Shown: positions 33,541 through 44,900, counted from the first letter of the stretch. The stretch: 64,000 nt of DNA from Azospirillum sp. (GCF_035628975.1 NZ_DASPIS010000032.1:12987-76986), one strand, 5' to 3'. The notes: a model not told the origin generated them from the sequence alone. Program-made: numbers and translations.

Positions 33541-34545
33541 ATGGACGGGCCGAGCCGGCGAACAGCGCGAAATCCTCTGCGGCCGGGCTTGCCGGCGGTG
33601 GTTCTGGCGCTTGCCGGGTGCGAGGGGAGGCAGTCGGCGCTGGATGCGGCCGGCGTCAGCGCGCAGGAGATCCTGGTCACCAGCTGGATCCTGTTCATCG
33701 GCGGCGCCGCGATCTTCCTGGCGGTGATGGCGCTGGCGCTCTATGCCGCCTTCGTCCGGCCGGAGCGGTTTCCCGGCCGCAAGGCCTGGGTGATCGGCGG
33801 CGGCATCCTGTTCCCGGTCGTCACGCTGACCGCACTCCAGCTGCATGAATTCGCCCTGGCCCGCCGACTGGCGACGCTGGCGCCGGAACCCGCCTTCGTG
33901 GTGGAGGTCACCGGGCTGATGTGGTGGTGGGACGTCCGCTACCTCGTGCCGGGGCAGGAGCCACTGCGCGCCGCCAACGAGATCGTGCTGCCGGCCGGCC
34001 GGCCGGTGGAGCTGCGGGTCGCCAGCGCCGACGTCATCCACAGCTTCTGGGTGCCCAGCCTCGCCGGCAAGATCGACATGATCCCCGGCCATGTGAACCG
34101 CCTGCCGGTGGTGGCGCAGCGGCCAGGGCTCTACCGCGGCCAATGCGCCGAATATTGCGGGGCGCAGCATGCCCTGATGGCCTTCGACGTCCGTGTCCTG
34201 CCTCCGGACGAGTTCGACGCCTGGATGGCGGCACAGCGCCGCCCGGTGCCGGAACCGCCGACGCCGGAGCTGGTGCGCGGCCGCGATGCCTTCTTCGCGC
34301 TCGGTTGCCAATCCTGCCATGCGGTGCGCGGCACGGAGGCGGACGGGCTGGTCGGGCCGGACCTCAGCCGCATCGGCGCGCGCGCCTCGCTCGCCGCCGG
34401 GACGCTGCCGACGCGGGTGGAGACCATCGCCGCCTGGATCCAGGGCGCCCAGCACATCAAGCCCGAGAACCGCATGCCGTCCTTCGACGTGACCGACGGC
34501 GAGACCCTGCATGCCATGGCCGCCTGGCTGGAGAGCCTGAAATGA
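33541..34545 (+). CDS. ctaC: Cytochrome c oxidase subunit II with C-terminal cytochrome c (caa3 type)
   Basis: CuA ligands DVIHSFW and CAEYCGAQHALM; heme motif CQSCH...MPS; lipobox-like LAGC; strong RBS. Confidence 0.92.
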   Translation: MDGPSRRTARNPLRPGLPAVVLALAGCEGRQSALDAAGVSAQEILVTSWILFIGGAAIFLAVMALALYAAFVRPERFPGRKAWVIGGGILFPVVTLTALQLHEFALARRLATLAPEPAFVVEVTGLMWWWDVRYLVPGQEPLRAANEIVLPAGRPVELRVASADVIHSFWVPSLAGKIDMIPGHVNRLPVVAQRPGLYRGQCAEYCGAQHALMAFDVRVLPPDEFDAWMAAQRRPVPEPPTPELVRGRDAFFALGCQSCHAVRGTEADGLVGPDLSRIGARASLAAGTLPTRVETIAAWIQGAQHIKPENRMPSFDVTDGETLHAMAAWLESLK

Positions 34546-37097
34546 CGCTGCGCACCGACGAGCCCCGCGACGAGTTCACCGGCGGCCGGCCCACACCCAG
34601 CCCCATGCCCCGACCGCCGGGGGAGGAGGAGGAGCTGCGCCGCCTCTGGCGTCTGCCGCAGGGGATCGCGCGCGTCACCGCGGTGAACAACACCAAGGTC
34701 GGCGTCTGGTACATCGGTACGGCGCTGCTGTTCTTCCTGATCTCCGGGGTGCTGGCGCTGGTGATGCGGCTGCAGCTGGCGATGCCTGGAAACGACCTGC
34801 TCGACCATGGCACCTACAACCAGTTCTTCACGGTCCACGGCACCGGAATGATGTTCCTGTTCGCCGTGCCGATCGTCGAGGCCATCGGCGTCTTCCTGCT
34901 GCCGTCCATGCTGGCGGCGCGCGACCTGCCCTTTCCCCGGCTGTCCGCCTTCGCCTTCTGGGCCTATTTCTTCGGCGGCATCTCCTTCTTCTGCTCGCTG
35001 ATCTTCGACGCGGCTCCCGACGGCGGCTGGTTCATGTATCCGCCGCTGACCAGCTACGAGCATTCGCCCGGCATCAACGCCGATTTCTGGCTGCTCGGCA
35101 TCGGTTTCATCGAAATCTCGGCCATCGCCGGCGCCATCGAGATCGTGGTCGGCATCCTGCGCACCCGTCCGCCCGGCATGACGCTGGACAAGCTGCCGAT
35201 CTATGCCTGGTCGATGCTGGTGATGGCGGGGATGATCATCTTCGCCTTTCCCGCCGTCATCGTCGCCACCGCCCTGCTGGAGATCGAGCGCGCCTTCCAC
35301 TGGCCGTTCTTCATCGCGGAGCGGGGCGGCGACCCGCTGCTTTGGCAGCATCTGTTCTGGTTCTTCGGCCATCCGGAGGTCTACATCATCTTCCTGCCGG
35401 CGGCCGGTCTGGTGTCGATGATGGTGCCGACGCTGGCCCGCCGGCCGCTGGTGGGGCATGACTGGGTGGTGCTGGCGCTGGTCGGCACCGGGTTCTTCAG
35501 CTTCGGCCTGTGGGTCCACCACATGTTCGCCACCGGCATCCCGTCGCTGTCGCTCAGCTTCTTTTCCGCCGCCAGCATGGCGGTGGCGGTGCCAAGCGGC
35601 ATACAGGTGTTCGCCTGGATCGCCACGCTGGGGGCGGGGCGGGTGCAGTGGACGGTCGCCACCCATTTCCTGTTCGGCTTCCTGTTCATCTTCGTGCTGG
35701 GCGGGCTGACCGGCGTAATGGTGGCGGTGGTGCCCTTCGACTGGCAGGCCCATGACAGCTACTTCATCGTCGCGCACCTGCATTACGTGCTGATCGGCGG
35801 CATGGTGTTCCCGGTCTTCGCCGGGCTTTACCACTGGTGGCCGACGCTGAACGGCCGGCTGCTGTCGGAGCGGCTGGGGCGCTGGGCCTTCTGGCTGATG
35901 TTCATCGGTTTCAACGTCGCCTTCTTCCCCATGCACATCAGCGGCCTGCTGGGCATGCCGCGGCGGGTCTACACCTATCCCGGCGATCTCGGCTGGAACC
36001 TGCTGAACATGATCTCCACGGTGGGTTCCTTCGTGCTGGCCTTGGGCGTGCTGCTGGTGCTGATCGACATGGCGCGCAGCGCCTTCGGGGGCGGGGAAAA
36101 GGCATCCGACAACCCGTGGAATTCCGGGACGCTGGAATGGCTGCCGAATGAGCTTTACGCCACCCGCAGCATCCCGCACGTCACCAGCCTCTATCCCCTG
36201 TGGGACAAGCCCGACCTGCCGCGCGAGGTGCGCGAGGGCGCCCATTTCCTGCCCGGCGCCCCGACCGGCCGGCGCGAGACCATCGTCACCAGTCCGATCG
36301 AGGCCAAGCCGCAATATCTGATGCCGCTGCCGGGTCCGCATTGGGGGCCGTTCCTGGCCGGGCTGTTCACCGCGGCGCATTTCCTGTGCCTGACCGTGCA
36401 GTGGTATTATCCCTCGCTGGTCCCGGCGGTGCTGGCCATCGCCATGGTGTTCTGGTGGGTCTGGGGCCTCGACACCGGCGCCGACCACCCGCCGCAGGAT
36501 GTCGGCGGCGGCTGGCGCGTGCCGGTCTACATCCAGGGGCCGAAGAACCATTCCTGGTGGGGCGTGGTCGTCCTGCTGCTGGTGGACGGCACCGCCTTCG
36601 CCTGCCTGATCTTCACCTATCTGTTCCTGTGGACGGTCAGCCCGGACGTCTGGCCCGCGGGTGGAGACGGGTTGCCGGGACTACCCTGGCTGGCGGGCGG
36701 GCTGGCGCTGTGGGGGCTGTCGGCACTGGCCATCGGATGGGCGCGCAAGTCCGTCGACCGCAACCGGCACGGCCGCGTCCGCATCGGCCTGATCGTCGCC
36801 TGGTCGGCGATGGTCGGCGGCATCCTGCTGGACGCCAATGCCCAGATCGGGACCGGCCTCGTCGGCGCGGCCAGCGCCTATGGCGCCATCACCTACATGC
36901 TGGTGGCGTGGCAGGCCTTCCATGTGGCGGTGATGACGCTGATGCTGGGCTATACGCTGGCCCGATCGGCCGCCGGGCTTCTGCATGCCGAGCGGCGGGT
37001 GACCTTCGACAACACCCTGCTGATGGGCTGGTACAGCGCGGCGCAGGGGACGATCGCCCTGCTGCTTCTCCACCTGTTCCCACGTCTGGCGATTTGA
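34542..37097 (+). CDS. ctaD: Cytochrome c oxidase subunit I fused to a subunit-III-like C-terminal domain
   Basis: VHGTGMMF, WFFGHPEVY, WVHHMF, AHLHYV; about 250 extra C-terminal residues with TM helices (SWWGVVVLLLVDGTAF, FHVAV). Confidence 0.92.
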   Translation: MTLRTDEPRDEFTGGRPTPSPMPRPPGEEEELRRLWRLPQGIARVTAVNNTKVGVWYIGTALLFFLISGVLALVMRLQLAMPGNDLLDHGTYNQFFTVHGTGMMFLFAVPIVEAIGVFLLPSMLAARDLPFPRLSAFAFWAYFFGGISFFCSLIFDAAPDGGWFMYPPLTSYEHSPGINADFWLLGIGFIEISAIAGAIEIVVGILRTRPPGMTLDKLPIYAWSMLVMAGMIIFAFPAVIVATALLEIERAFHWPFFIAERGGDPLLWQHLFWFFGHPEVYIIFLPAAGLVSMMVPTLARRPLVGHDWVVLALVGTGFFSFGLWVHHMFATGIPSLSLSFFSAASMAVAVPSGIQVFAWIATLGAGRVQWTVATHFLFGFLFIFVLGGLTGVMVAVVPFDWQAHDSYFIVAHLHYVLIGGMVFPVFAGLYHWWPTLNGRLLSERLGRWAFWLMFIGFNVAFFPMHISGLLGMPRRVYTYPGDLGWNLLNMISTVGSFVLALGVLLVLIDMARSAFGGGEKASDNPWNSGTLEWLPNELYATRSIPHVTSLYPLWDKPDLPREVREGAHFLPGAPTGRRETIVTSPIEAKPQYLMPLPGPHWGPFLAGLFTAAHFLCLTVQWYYPSLVPAVLAIAMVFWWVWGLDTGADHPPQDVGGGWRVPVYIQGPKNHSWWGVVVLLLVDGTAFACLIFTYLFLWTVSPDVWPAGGDGLPGLPWLAGGLALWGLSALAIGWARKSVDRNRHGRVRIGLIVAWSAMVGGILLDANAQIGTGLVGAASAYGAITYMLVAWQAFHVAVMTLMLGYTLARSAAGLLHAERRVTFDNTLLMGWYSAAQGTIALLLLHLFPRLAI

Positions 37098-37108
37098 AAG
37101 GGGGCATC

Positions 37109-37471
37109 ATGTCGGGCCGCAGCTTTCCCGTTACCTTCGGCGCGATGCTGGCGCCCTTCCTGATCTGGGCCGGGCATTTCGGCCTGGTCTATGCCATCAA
37201 CGGTGCGGTCTGCGCGCGGGCACCGGACGGGGCGATGCTGTTCGGCTATCCGATGTCGGCGGCACTGGTCATCGCCGCGACGGTCCTCGCGATGGCCTGG
37301 GTCGCGATCCTGCTGGTGATGGCGCTGCGCGGAAGCGGTCCGGCCGGGCATGTCGCCTCCGCCGATCCGCGCCGCTTCGCCCGCTGGTTCGTGGTTACCG
37401 GGGCGGGCTCGGCACTGGTCGCCATCCTGTGGGTCGGACTGCCGGCCCTGCTGGTGCCGGCCTGCGGGTGA
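37109..37471 (+). CDS. Small three-TM membrane protein, probable oxidase accessory subunit
   Basis: PFLIWAGHFGLVYAINGAVC; immediately downstream of ctaD. Confidence 0.7.
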   Translation: MSGRSFPVTFGAMLAPFLIWAGHFGLVYAINGAVCARAPDGAMLFGYPMSAALVIAATVLAMAWVAILLVMALRGSGPAGHVASADPRRFARWFVVTGAGSALVAILWVGLPALLVPACG

Positions 37472-37587
37472 TGCCGAAACCCTGAAAAATGGCTTCGCCG
37501 GCTTCGAGGCACCGGCGGCGGCCGGAGGGGCCGCCGCGGATGTCTCGAAACCGGCGTTGCGGTTTCAGAAGACCCTGGCTGCTGGAG

Positions 37588-38271
37588 TTACTGCTGGGTG
37601 CCGGTCTGGCCCATGGAGCCCTGCGGGGTGCTCTGGTTCTGCGGGGTGTCGCTCGGCACGGTGCCGGTGGTGCCCGTCGTACCCGTGGTCCCCGTCGTGC
37701 CGGTGCCCGTGTTGCCGGTCGTGCCCGTGCCGCCGGCCGTGCCGGTGTTGCTGGTGCTGCCGCTCAGGTTCAGCGCGGCCATGGTCTGCTCGTCGGCGCG
37801 GCCGGTGGCGCGCAGGCCGTTCTCGCGCTGGAACTGCATCAGGGCGCGGCGGGTGTTCGCGCCCCAGACGCCGTCGACGGCGACGTCGCGGCCATCGGTG
37901 CGGTCGTTCAGCGCCTGCTGGATTTCGCGCACCTGTTCGCTGCTGAGGTTGCTGGAGGCCATGCTGCCGGAGCGGCGGGTCGACGAACGGTCGGAGCCGC
38001 TGCCCGACGTCTCTTCCCGGACCTCCTTGGTCGCACGGTCGGTCACGCGGTCGGTCTTCTTGCTCAGGCTTTCGTCCATGCTGTTGCCGGCAACGGCGCC
38101 GCCGACGCCACCGACCACCGCACCGACCGGGCCACCGACGACGGCACCGGCCACGGCACCGCTGCCCGCGCCGGTCGCCGTCCGCGAGGTCTCCGTGCTG
38201 CCGCAGGCGCTGAGCGCGAACAGGGCGCCGGCTGCCGTGGCGGTCATGACGATCTTCGAAATCCCACGCAT
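37588..38271 (-). CDS. Lipoprotein with glycine zipper and peptidoglycan-binding domain
   Basis: Lipobox LSAC; GAVAGAVVGGPVGAVVGG; VREIQQALN..VDGVWGANTRRALMQFQRENGLRATGRAD; Thr/Gly repeat tail. Confidence 0.85.
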   Translation of the reverse strand: MRGISKIVMTATAAGALFALSACGSTETSRTATGAGSGAVAGAVVGGPVGAVVGGVGGAVAGNSMDESLSKKTDRVTDRATKEVREETSGSGSDRSSTRRSGSMASSNLSSEQVREIQQALNDRTDGRDVAVDGVWGANTRRALMQFQRENGLRATGRADEQTMAALNLSGSTSNTGTAGGTGTTGNTGTGTTGTTGTTGTTGTVPSDTPQNQSTPQGSMGQTGTQQ

Positions 38272-38412
38272 GGTTGCCATCCTTCTCGATTACGCTTCGA
38301 TGTTGGCGACCCGCCGCCCGGTGCGGCCTGTACTGTCCTGCCGCACGGCAAGCGACAGCTGGGTCATGTGATGAACAATCAACAGCGGGCCTTCTTGTTC
38401 CCTGGCGTCGTC

Positions 38413-39579
38413 TCAGGATTTTCCGTCATCCCCGTTCACCATGGCGTCACCGTGAGCGCGGCGGGAGTAATACTCGGCGACGGCGTCGATCTGTTCGTCG
38501 GTCATGCGGCGGACGGCGGCCTCCATGATGCGGGACAGCGCCGTGTTGCCGCGCGCCTCGTCGCGCCACAGCCGCAGCTGGCCGGCGATGTAGGAGGCAT
38601 GCAGGCCGTCCAGCGTGGGATAGCGCGGGTCGCGGGCATGGCGGCTGTCGCCCGCCCCTTCGTGACAGCCGGAGCAGGCGGCGACGCCCCGTCCCGGATC
38701 GCCGGACTCCGCGATCCGGCGGCCCAGCTCCAGCAGCTTCGGATCGGGAACCGCGGCTGCAAAGCTTGGCATTGCAGGCTTTTGGGCGGCGTAATGGTCG
38801 GCCAGTGCGCGGATGGCCTCCTCGTCCAGGCCGGCGGCGACGGGCTGCATGATGCCGCTGAAGCGGTTGCCCTGGGCGTAGGCGCGCAGTGTCTCGAACA
38901 GGTAGTCCGCCGACTGCCCGGCGAGCCGCGGGAAGGCGCCGTCGGCCCCGCCATTGCCGTCGCGCCCGTGGCAGCGGGCGCAGTCCTGCAGCGTCTCGCC
39001 CAGCCGGCCGGTTTCCGGGCCGCTGACGGGGCCGGTCAGATCGGCCACGCGGGCACGCCCATCCGGCTGGGTGCCGCCGAAAGCGAGGCCGCGATATTCT
39101 TCCGCGCTCATCCCTTTTAGCCGCAGGAGAAAGGCGGTAACCGCCCAGGGCTCGTCCTTGCGCTGCTGCGCCGGCCAAGCCGGCATGCCGGCGTATTTGA
39201 TGCCGTTCAGGGTGATCCAGTACAGCTCCCGCGGCTTCCAGTCCGCCACCTGGTTCGGCAGATAGGGCGGCTCCGGCATCATGTGGCGGGAGATCGGGTT
39301 GCGCGGCGCGTCGGGCGCGCCGTGGCAGGGGGCGCAGCCGTCCTCGTAATGGCCGGCGCCGCGGCGGATCAGCGCCGGGTCGTTCAGGTCGGGCGGCTCT
39401 TCGACGAAGGCGGCATGCGTCTCGACCGAACTGCGCATCGCCATCTCGAAGAACATCTCGACGGGCGTCCAGTGCTCCTTGGTCGCCGCGACGCTGTAGA
39501 GGCCGGACCACGCGAACAGCAGCCCGCCGATGCCGGCTGCCACCGCCGCCAGGGCGAGGGTCGTCAGGGTGCGCCGCAT
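38413..39579 (-). CDS. Membrane-anchored triheme c-type cytochrome (c4/c553-like domains)
   Basis: Three CxxCH motifs (CAPCH, CARCH, CSGCH); FPRLAGQSADY. Confidence 0.88.
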   Translation of the reverse strand: MRRTLTTLALAAVAAGIGGLLFAWSGLYSVAATKEHWTPVEMFFEMAMRSSVETHAAFVEEPPDLNDPALIRRGAGHYEDGCAPCHGAPDAPRNPISRHMMPEPPYLPNQVADWKPRELYWITLNGIKYAGMPAWPAQQRKDEPWAVTAFLLRLKGMSAEEYRGLAFGGTQPDGRARVADLTGPVSGPETGRLGETLQDCARCHGRDGNGGADGAFPRLAGQSADYLFETLRAYAQGNRFSGIMQPVAAGLDEEAIRALADHYAAQKPAMPSFAAAVPDPKLLELGRRIAESGDPGRGVAACSGCHEGAGDSRHARDPRYPTLDGLHASYIAGQLRLWRDEARGNTALSRIMEAAVRRMTDEQIDAVAEYYSRRAHGDAMVNGDDGKS

Positions 39580-39583
39580 GCCC

Positions 39584-40438
39584 TCACCCGGCCTTTCCGC
39601 CGGAGAGCCGGCCGTCTTTGATCCGATCGTCCCAAATCCGATCATCGGCGCTCTGCCGCAGCCAGCGCGCCGCACCGGCCAGCACCAGCGCCACATAGGC
39701 CAGCGACCCGACCACCCCCATGATCAGCCCGCCGAGCTGCTGGTCGGCCAGCGGCGACAGGCCCCAGGCGGCGGTGGTGGTCAGGTGGTAGGGGAACAGC
39801 GGCGTCCCGGCGAAGATCAGCAGGCCGGCCAGCATCGCCAGATGGACCGAGGTGCCGAAGGCCGCCAGCAGCCCGCGCAGGCGCATGGCGTTTCCGGTCG
39901 GCGCCAGCACGCTCCGCCACGCCGCCACCGCTCCGGCGAGCAGGGTGCCGTGCATCAGCCACAGCACCGCGTCGTTCGCCAGCGCCGCCATGTAGGGCCC
40001 CGGCAGATGCCAGACCCACAGCGTGATGCCGAACAAGCCCCAGGCCAGCTCCGGCCGTTCCAGCGGCCTGACCACGGTCCGGAGCCAGTCCGGCCAGCGC
40101 ACCGCCCCGGCCGGCCAGCCGAGCACGAACAGCGGGGCCGCGACCTGCACGGTCAGCAGATGCTGGGCGACGCGGGCGGAGAATAGGGCGGAGGTGAGAT
40201 TGCACAGGGGAGAGACGAAGGCGATGCCCAGCACCAGCCAGCCGGCGGCGAGGCACCAGGGCCGGTGCCCGGAAGCGCCGCCTGCCGCCTGCATCCGGCG
40301 CGTAACCGTCGCCAGCCCGGCCGCCGCCAGGACGAAGACGGCCAACAGCCATGGATCGGTGTTCCAGGCCGTCGGCAAGTCACCCGGCACCGGCGGGACG
40401 CCGCAGTAGGGGACGAAGGGAAGGGCGTCTGTCGGCAT
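39584..40438 (-). CDS. ctaG: Caa3-type cytochrome c oxidase assembly factor (CtaG family)
   Basis: PYCG, FVSPLCNLTSALFSARVAQH, WVWHLP, ADQQLGGLIM. Confidence 0.82.
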   Translation of the reverse strand: MPTDALPFVPYCGVPPVPGDLPTAWNTDPWLLAVFVLAAAGLATVTRRMQAAGGASGHRPWCLAAGWLVLGIAFVSPLCNLTSALFSARVAQHLLTVQVAAPLFVLGWPAGAVRWPDWLRTVVRPLERPELAWGLFGITLWVWHLPGPYMAALANDAVLWLMHGTLLAGAVAAWRSVLAPTGNAMRLRGLLAAFGTSVHLAMLAGLLIFAGTPLFPYHLTTTAAWGLSPLADQQLGGLIMGVVGSLAYVALVLAGAARWLRQSADDRIWDDRIKDGRLSGGKAG

Positions 40439-40636
40439 GGCGTGGCCTCGCGGAATCCGGGATCTCTCCGCCCTGTCCAATGACCGGGGCCGCGGGATGT
40501 TCCCGGTAAGGCGACGTTTCAGCCCGATTGACCGTAAGGGGAGGGAGCAGAACGCCGGCTGGGGTGTTGTTCCGCGCATGGCCGATCGGACATCCAGCCG
40601 GTTATGGGCCAGTCGGAACTGTTGCCGGAGACCGTG

Positions 40637-41899
40637 ATGCCCGCCGCCCATCCCTGCCGCGCCCGCGTCCTTCCCACCCTCTGCGCGGTCGTGCTGGCGG
40701 GGCTGTCCGTCTCCGGAACCGCCATGGGGCAGGGGCAGCCGGGCGCCGGCCAGACTGCTCCGCCGCCTGCGGTGACAACCGTTCCGGTGCAGAACCGCGA
40801 CGTGGCCCCGGCGACGGAGTTCATCGGCCGGATCGAGGCGATCCGCTCCTTCGATGCAAGGCCGCGGATCGAAGGCACCGTGGAGCAGGTCGCCTTCCAG
40901 GAGGGGCAGGACGTCCATGAGGGCGACCTGCTCTATGTGATCGAGCCGGCGCCCTATCAGGCGGCGCTCGACAGCGCCAAGGCGCAGCTCGCCAGTGCAG
41001 AGGCCAAGCTGCGCGAGGCGGAGCGGGCCTATGCCCGCGCCGACGAACTGCGGCAGCGCGGCAACGTCTCGCAGGCGCAGCTGGATCAGGCGCTGGCCGA
41101 CCGCGACGCCGCCCAGGCGGACGTGATGATGAACCAGGCGCAGGTCCGCACGGCGGAGATCAATCTCGGCTACACCCGCATCGCCAGTCCGGTGGACGGC
41201 CGCATCGGCGCCACGGCGGTGACCCAGGGCAACCTCGTCAACCCGTCCACCGGCGTGCTGGCGACGGTGGTGCAGCTCGATCCCATCCGCGTCGTCTTCT
41301 CGGTCGCCGACCGCGACATGCTGGCCTTCCAGCGCCGGTTCGACGTGCGCCAGCCGGCCCAGGCGGCGGCGGAGAAATACGTGCCGACTCTGGTCCTGCC
41401 CGACGGCAGCGACTATGCCGAACAGGGCCAGATCGAGTTCGCCAACAACCGCGTCGATCCGCAGACCGGCACCGTCAGCATCCGCGCCACCTTCGCCAAC
41501 CCGCAGCGCCTTCTGCTGCCCGGCCAGTATGTGACCGTGCAACTCCGCCGCGACCAGCCGGAGCAGCGCCCGGTGGTGCCCGTCGCCTCCATCCAGCAGG
41601 ACCAGCAGGGCAGCTACGTCCTGGTGCTCGACGACCAGAACAGGGTGCAGCGCCGCCCGGTGCAGACCGGGGCGCAGGTCGACCAGTCGCTGGTGGTGGA
41701 AAAGGGCCTGACCGCCGGCGAAACCGTGGTGGTCGGCGGCGTGCAGAAGGTCCGTCCGGGCATGGTCGTGCAGCCCACCCCGGCGGAGCAGATGGCCGAC
41801 CACGCGCAGGCGGGTGCTTCCCCGTCTCCCGCGGGTTCGGCCGGCAGCAGCGGTGCCGCTCCGGCGAACGGTGCCGGCTCGGGTGCGGCGAAGGAGTGA
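40637..41899 (+). CDS. RND efflux periplasmic adaptor subunit
   Basis: Biotinyl-lipoyl/coiled-coil pattern ([28 protein letters not shown]), VDPQTGT, LLPGQYV. Confidence 0.92.
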   Translation: MPAAHPCRARVLPTLCAVVLAGLSVSGTAMGQGQPGAGQTAPPPAVTTVPVQNRDVAPATEFIGRIEAIRSFDARPRIEGTVEQVAFQEGQDVHEGDLLYVIEPAPYQAALDSAKAQLASAEAKLREAERAYARADELRQRGNVSQAQLDQALADRDAAQADVMMNQAQVRTAEINLGYTRIASPVDGRIGATAVTQGNLVNPSTGVLATVVQLDPIRVVFSVADRDMLAFQRRFDVRQPAQAAAEKYVPTLVLPDGSDYAEQGQIEFANNRVDPQTGTVSIRATFANPQRLLLPGQYVTVQLRRDQPEQRPVVPVASIQQDQQGSYVLVLDDQNRVQRRPVQTGAQVDQSLVVEKGLTAGETVVVGGVQKVRPGMVVQPTPAEQMADHAQAGASPSPAGSAGSSGAAPANGAGSGAAKE

Positions 41900-41903
41900 G
41901 GCG

Positions 41904-44900
41904 ATGTTCTCCGCGCTCTTCATCCGCCGCCCGAATCTGGCGATCGTCATCGCTGTCGTCACCCTGATCGCCGGATTCCTGGCGCTGACCGCCATCCCGG
42001 TCGCGCAATATCCGTCGATCACCCCGCCCACCGTCCAGGTCTCGGCGACATATCCCGGCGCCAATGCCCAGGTGGTGGCCGACAGCGTCGCCGCCCCCAT
42101 CGAATCGCAGGTGAACGGCGTGGAGGGCATGCTCTACATGTCCTCCACCAGCACCGACACCGGCAGCTATTCGCTGACCATCACCTTCGCCCCCGGCACC
42201 GATCCCGACATCGCCGCGGTGAACGTGCAGAACCGCATGTCGCTCGCGACCGCGAGCTTGCCATCGGAAGTGACGCGCCAGGGCGTCACCGTGCGCCGGC
42301 AGTCGTCCAACATGCTGATGGCGGTGAACGTCCATTCCCCCGGCGGGAAATTCGATCCGATCTTCATCTCCAACTATGCCAGTCTGAACCTGCGCGATTC
42401 CATCGCCCGCGTTCCCGGTGTCGGCGAGGCGCAGGTGCTGGGCGCGCTGGACTACAGCATGCGCATCTGGATGAACCCGGACCGCATGACGGCGCTGGGC
42501 ATCACCGCGACGGACGTGGTCGGCGCCATCCAGAAGCAGAATGTCCAGGCGCCCGCCGGCCAGATCGGCGCGCCGCCCATCGGCGGCGACCAGCAGCAGC
42601 AGTTGACCATCATCGCCCGCGGTCGCCTTAACGATCCGCAGGAATTCGCCAACATCATCATCCGCAGCAACGAGAATGGCGGCATCGTCCGCGTCGGCGA
42701 CGTGGCGCGGGTGGAATTGGGGGCGCAGTCCTACACCTCCTCGTCCAAGCTGAACGGCGCGCCGGCGGCGACGCTGGTCGTCTACCAGTCGCCGGGCGCC
42801 AACGCCTTGGATGTCGCCAACTCCGTCCAGGCGGAACTGCAGCGCCTGTCGCAGCGCTTCCCCGAGGGGCTGGAATACGCGGTCGTCTTCAACACCACCA
42901 ATTTCGTCACCGCGACCATCGAAGAGATCGTGCTGACGCTCGGCATCACCTTCCTGCTGGTGGTGGTGGTCATCTACGTCTTCCTGCAGGACTGGCGGGC
43001 GACGCTGATCCCGACGCTGGCGATCCCGGTGTCGATCATCGGCGTCTTCGCCGTGCTGCTGGTTCTGGGCTACAGCGCCAACACCATCACGCTGTTCGCG
43101 CTGATCCTCGCCATCGGCCTCGTCGTCGACGACGCCATCGTGGTGGTGGAGAATGTCCGCCGCGTGATGGAGGAGCATCCCGAGCTTTCCGCAAGGGAGG
43201 CGTCGGCCAGGGCGATGGGGCAGGTCAGCGGCGCCATCGTCGCCTCCACCCTGGTGCTGGCGGCGGTGTTCGTGCCGGTGGCCTTCCTGCCGGGCATCAC
43301 CGGGCAGCTCTACCGCCAGTTCGCCGTCACCATCGCGGCGTCCTTCATCATTTCCGGCATCAATTCGCTGACGCTCAGCCCGGCGCTGTGCGGCCTGCTG
43401 CTGCGTCCGCCGACGGCACCCTGGCGGCCGCTGGCGGCCTTCAACCGTGGGCTGGACCGGGTGCGCGACGGCTATGGCCGGCTGGTCCATGGGCTGGGGC
43501 GGCGGCTGATCGTCGGGCTGCTGCTGTTCGTGGCGATCACCGCCGGCGCCTTCGCCCTGCTGCGGGCATTGCCCACCGCCTTCCTGCCGGCGGAAGACCA
43601 GGGCTATTTCTTCGTGAACGTCCAGCTTCCCAGCGCCGCGTCGGTCACCCGGACCCAGACCGTGATGGACCGCGTCAGCGAAACCATCAAGCAGGAACCG
43701 GGGGTCGCCGACGTCATCGCCATCTCGGGCTTCAGCATCCTCAGCGGCCAGGGATCCAACGTCGGTCTCGTGATCGTGTCGCTGAAGCCCTGGGCGGAGC
43801 GGGGGAGCGATCAGACCGTTGACGCCATCCTCGGCAGTCTGCGCCCGCGCTTCGGCGCGATGCCGCAGGCGACGGTGACCGCCTTCAACCCACCTTCCAT
43901 TCCCGGGCTGGGGGCCACCGGCGGGTTCGATCTGCGCGTGCTCGCCACCGGCGGCCAGACCCCGCAGGAGTTGGGTGCCGTGCTGCGCGGCCTGCTGGTC
44001 GCCGCCAATCAGGACGCGAACCTGCAGGCGGTGTTCAGCACCTACAGCGCGGAGGTGCCACACCTGTACCTGGACGTGGACCGCACCCGCGCCTCGCTGC
44101 TCGGGGTGTCGCCGGCCGACATCTTCACCACGTTGCAGGCCCATCTCGGCGCCAGCTACGTCAATGATTTCAACCTATATGGCCGTGTCTTTCAGGTGAA
44201 GGTGCAGGACGCCGCCGGCTATCGCGATCAGGTGAAGGAGATCGACCAGCTCTATGTCCGCAGCCAGACCGGCGACATGGTGCCGCTGCGCAGCCTCGTC
44301 ACGGTCCGCACCACGCTCGCGCCCGACAGCATCACCCGCTACAACCAGTTCATGTCCGCCTCGGTCAACGGGCAGCCGGCGGCCGCCATCAGCACCGGTC
44401 AGGCGCTGACCGGGATGCAGGCAGTGGCAAAGAACACCCTGCCGCAGGGCTATGCCACCGAGTGGACCGGCCTGTCCTATCAGGAGAGCCAGGTCGGCAA
44501 CCAGGGCCTGATGGTGTTCGGGCTGGCCCTGCTGTTCGGCTACCTGTTCCTCGTGGCGCAGTACGAGGACTGGCTGGTGCCGCTGGCGGTGCTGCTGTCG
44601 GTGGCGGTCGCCGTGCTGGGGGCCGGCGTCGGGCTGTGGGTTGCCGGGATCCCGAACGACATCTATGCGCAGATCGGACTGGTTCTGCTGGTCGGTCTGG
44701 CGGCGAAGAACGCCATCCTGATCGTGGAGTTCGCGCGGGAACAGCGGGCGGACGGCCGATCCATCGTCGATGCCGCGGTGGCCGGCGCCCGCCAGCGCTT
44801 CCGCGCCGTTCTGATGACGGCGCTGGCCTTCATCCTGGGTACGGTGCCTCTGCTGGTCGCCACCGGCGCCGGAGCGGCCAGCCGGCGGTCGATCGGCACC

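Noticed and set aside
37640-37760. 9-bp tandem-like repeats
   Set aside because: Simply encode the Thr-Gly-Thr low-complexity tail of the lipoprotein.
41475-44144. 889-aa minus ORF, and similar ones at 52878-56024 and 60055-62832
   Set aside because: Antisense shadows of the RND permeases and pepN.
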